A stretch of 51,671 nt of DNA, filler included, from Thelocarpon superellum (taxonomy: Eukaryota), in NCBI GenBank assembly GCA_026025795.1. It is 2 parts of 2 records of this genome, joined end to end, with 100 filler letters (N's around TTAATTAATTAA, not from the genome) between each part and the next. Parts side by side here need not be neighbours in the genome. Positions count along the whole stretch, not along the records: positions 25,902 to 51,671 come from JAPEUG010000264.1; 1 more part is not named here. One strand, 5' to 3'. The notes under the pieces were generated by a model. It did not search any database and was not told the DNA's origin. It saw only the letters and a list, made by a program, of their open reading frames with translations. This document shows, piece after piece, positions 50,606 through 51,671 of the stretch. The position numbers were made by a program, and so were the translations under genes. How positions within the stretch are numbered: the stretch's first letter is position 1; the number at the start of each line of letters is the position of its first letter.

Positions 50606-51458
50606 TCATGATACCGTCACTTCGTTGGCCTCAGTTACATTATATTGTAAGGGGACATCGTTGTCGGTACACCACATGTTCAAGGTGGAATTTGGCCGTA
50701 CAAATTTTGCATCATCATGTATCTACGCGCACAAACGACGTTGCTCAGACGAGGCAGGGCGAAATCGCCAGAACAGAACCTTCTCAATGGATCGCAGGAA
50801 GCCAGCTTGCGCCAGCTTCGTGAAACCAAGTGTCTGGAGCAAGAGGCATGAAGCACAATGGCTCGTGGAGGGCGTCAAATCTCCTTGGAGTCGATTGTCA
50901 ACTGCCCTGACACCTGTGCCATATACGCAGTGGATGGGACGAGCGTGGCGTGCCCACGAGCGCAGTCTAGATCGAGGCTGGGGGGTGGTACTCGACGCAT
51001 TCATTATTGCCATCCGGGCCGTAGGGCAGTAGCTCTTCAACGAAGTCAAGGTTCAAGTCTTGGTCGTGGCAAGTCGCCGCGTAGTTGACGGAAAAGCACT
51101 TATCCCTGCTCCGCTCCGTAATGTGTCAATGGAAGTTCCGATGGGGAGGATGTGTGGGGCAGGAGCGTACCCGTCTTGCAACATGGTGCCATTTCGAATT
51201 GGGAACACGGCGTTCTGCGTGATGTCGGTCAGATGGCACATGGAAGGTTTTGATGAGCACTGCACGGAACCATCCTACAGGATCGCAGGCTGTGATGAGC
51301 TGCTGTTGCTGGAGGAGATGGGCGGCAGTGGTGCTGTTGCCATAAGTGAGCACTCTTCGCGCGTGGTCACTACTCTGTGGCTCTGTCGCAGCTTGCGGGG
51401 CGGCGTTGGCTGCGGTGGCCACCAAGGCAGAGAAGATAGAGACGGAGAGAAAATGCAT
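50606..51458 (-). pseudogene. Probable decayed secreted Cys-containing protein gene
   Basis: Signal peptide MHFLSVSIFSALVATAANA; frame switch to QPAIL*DGSVQCSSKPSMC..; intron 51106-51170 then DKCFSVNYAATCHDQ..NECVEY..*; TAGs at 51275, 50967, 50723; 3' end uncertain. Confidence 0.5.
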
Positions 51459-51671
51459 GTTCCATAGTTGACCTGAAGATGACGTATACAGGCAAGGCAA
51501 GTCAAGCATTGGTGGGGACGATGGAACGATGGTGTAGTGGGAGGAGTGGACGCTCCTGATAGCAAAGAGGCTCGTCTTGTAGACAACACGGAACTGCGTG
51601 TGTCTACGTTGACAGTGAGGGTGATCCTGGCTCGCAGTCCACGTTGAAATCGAAGCGACGCCAGAACCGCT

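Overview
GC-rich, intron-containing DNA from a filamentous ascomycete (Pezizomycotina-like genes, short GT-AG introns with CTRAC branch points). An artificial 100-nt spacer (44 N + TTAATTAATTAA + 44 N, 25802-25901) joins two contigs, so linkage across it is unproven. The left part carries RRS1, a small orphan ORF, a RhoGAP, BET2, a zinc-finger protein with a GC-AG intron, a bZIP factor, then a ~6 kb accessory island, then a large DH-BAR-SH3 RhoGEF. The island contains a decayed HeLo-like-N/ankyrin gene, an intact HET-S-like HeLo protein with an atypical two-repeat amyloid domain and no recognisable NLR partner, and a second broken gene. The right part carries a DHX57/Ucp12-like DEAH helicase head-to-head with aprataxin, a CDC25-type RasGEF, a ~7.6 kb intergenic region, a C2H2/fungal-specific transcription factor, a 732-bp TIR element filled with 147-bp tandem repeats, and a decayed secreted-protein gene. 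The best candidate for a notable system is the HET-S-like amyloid cell-death locus. All family calls come from recognising motifs by eye; no database searches were run.
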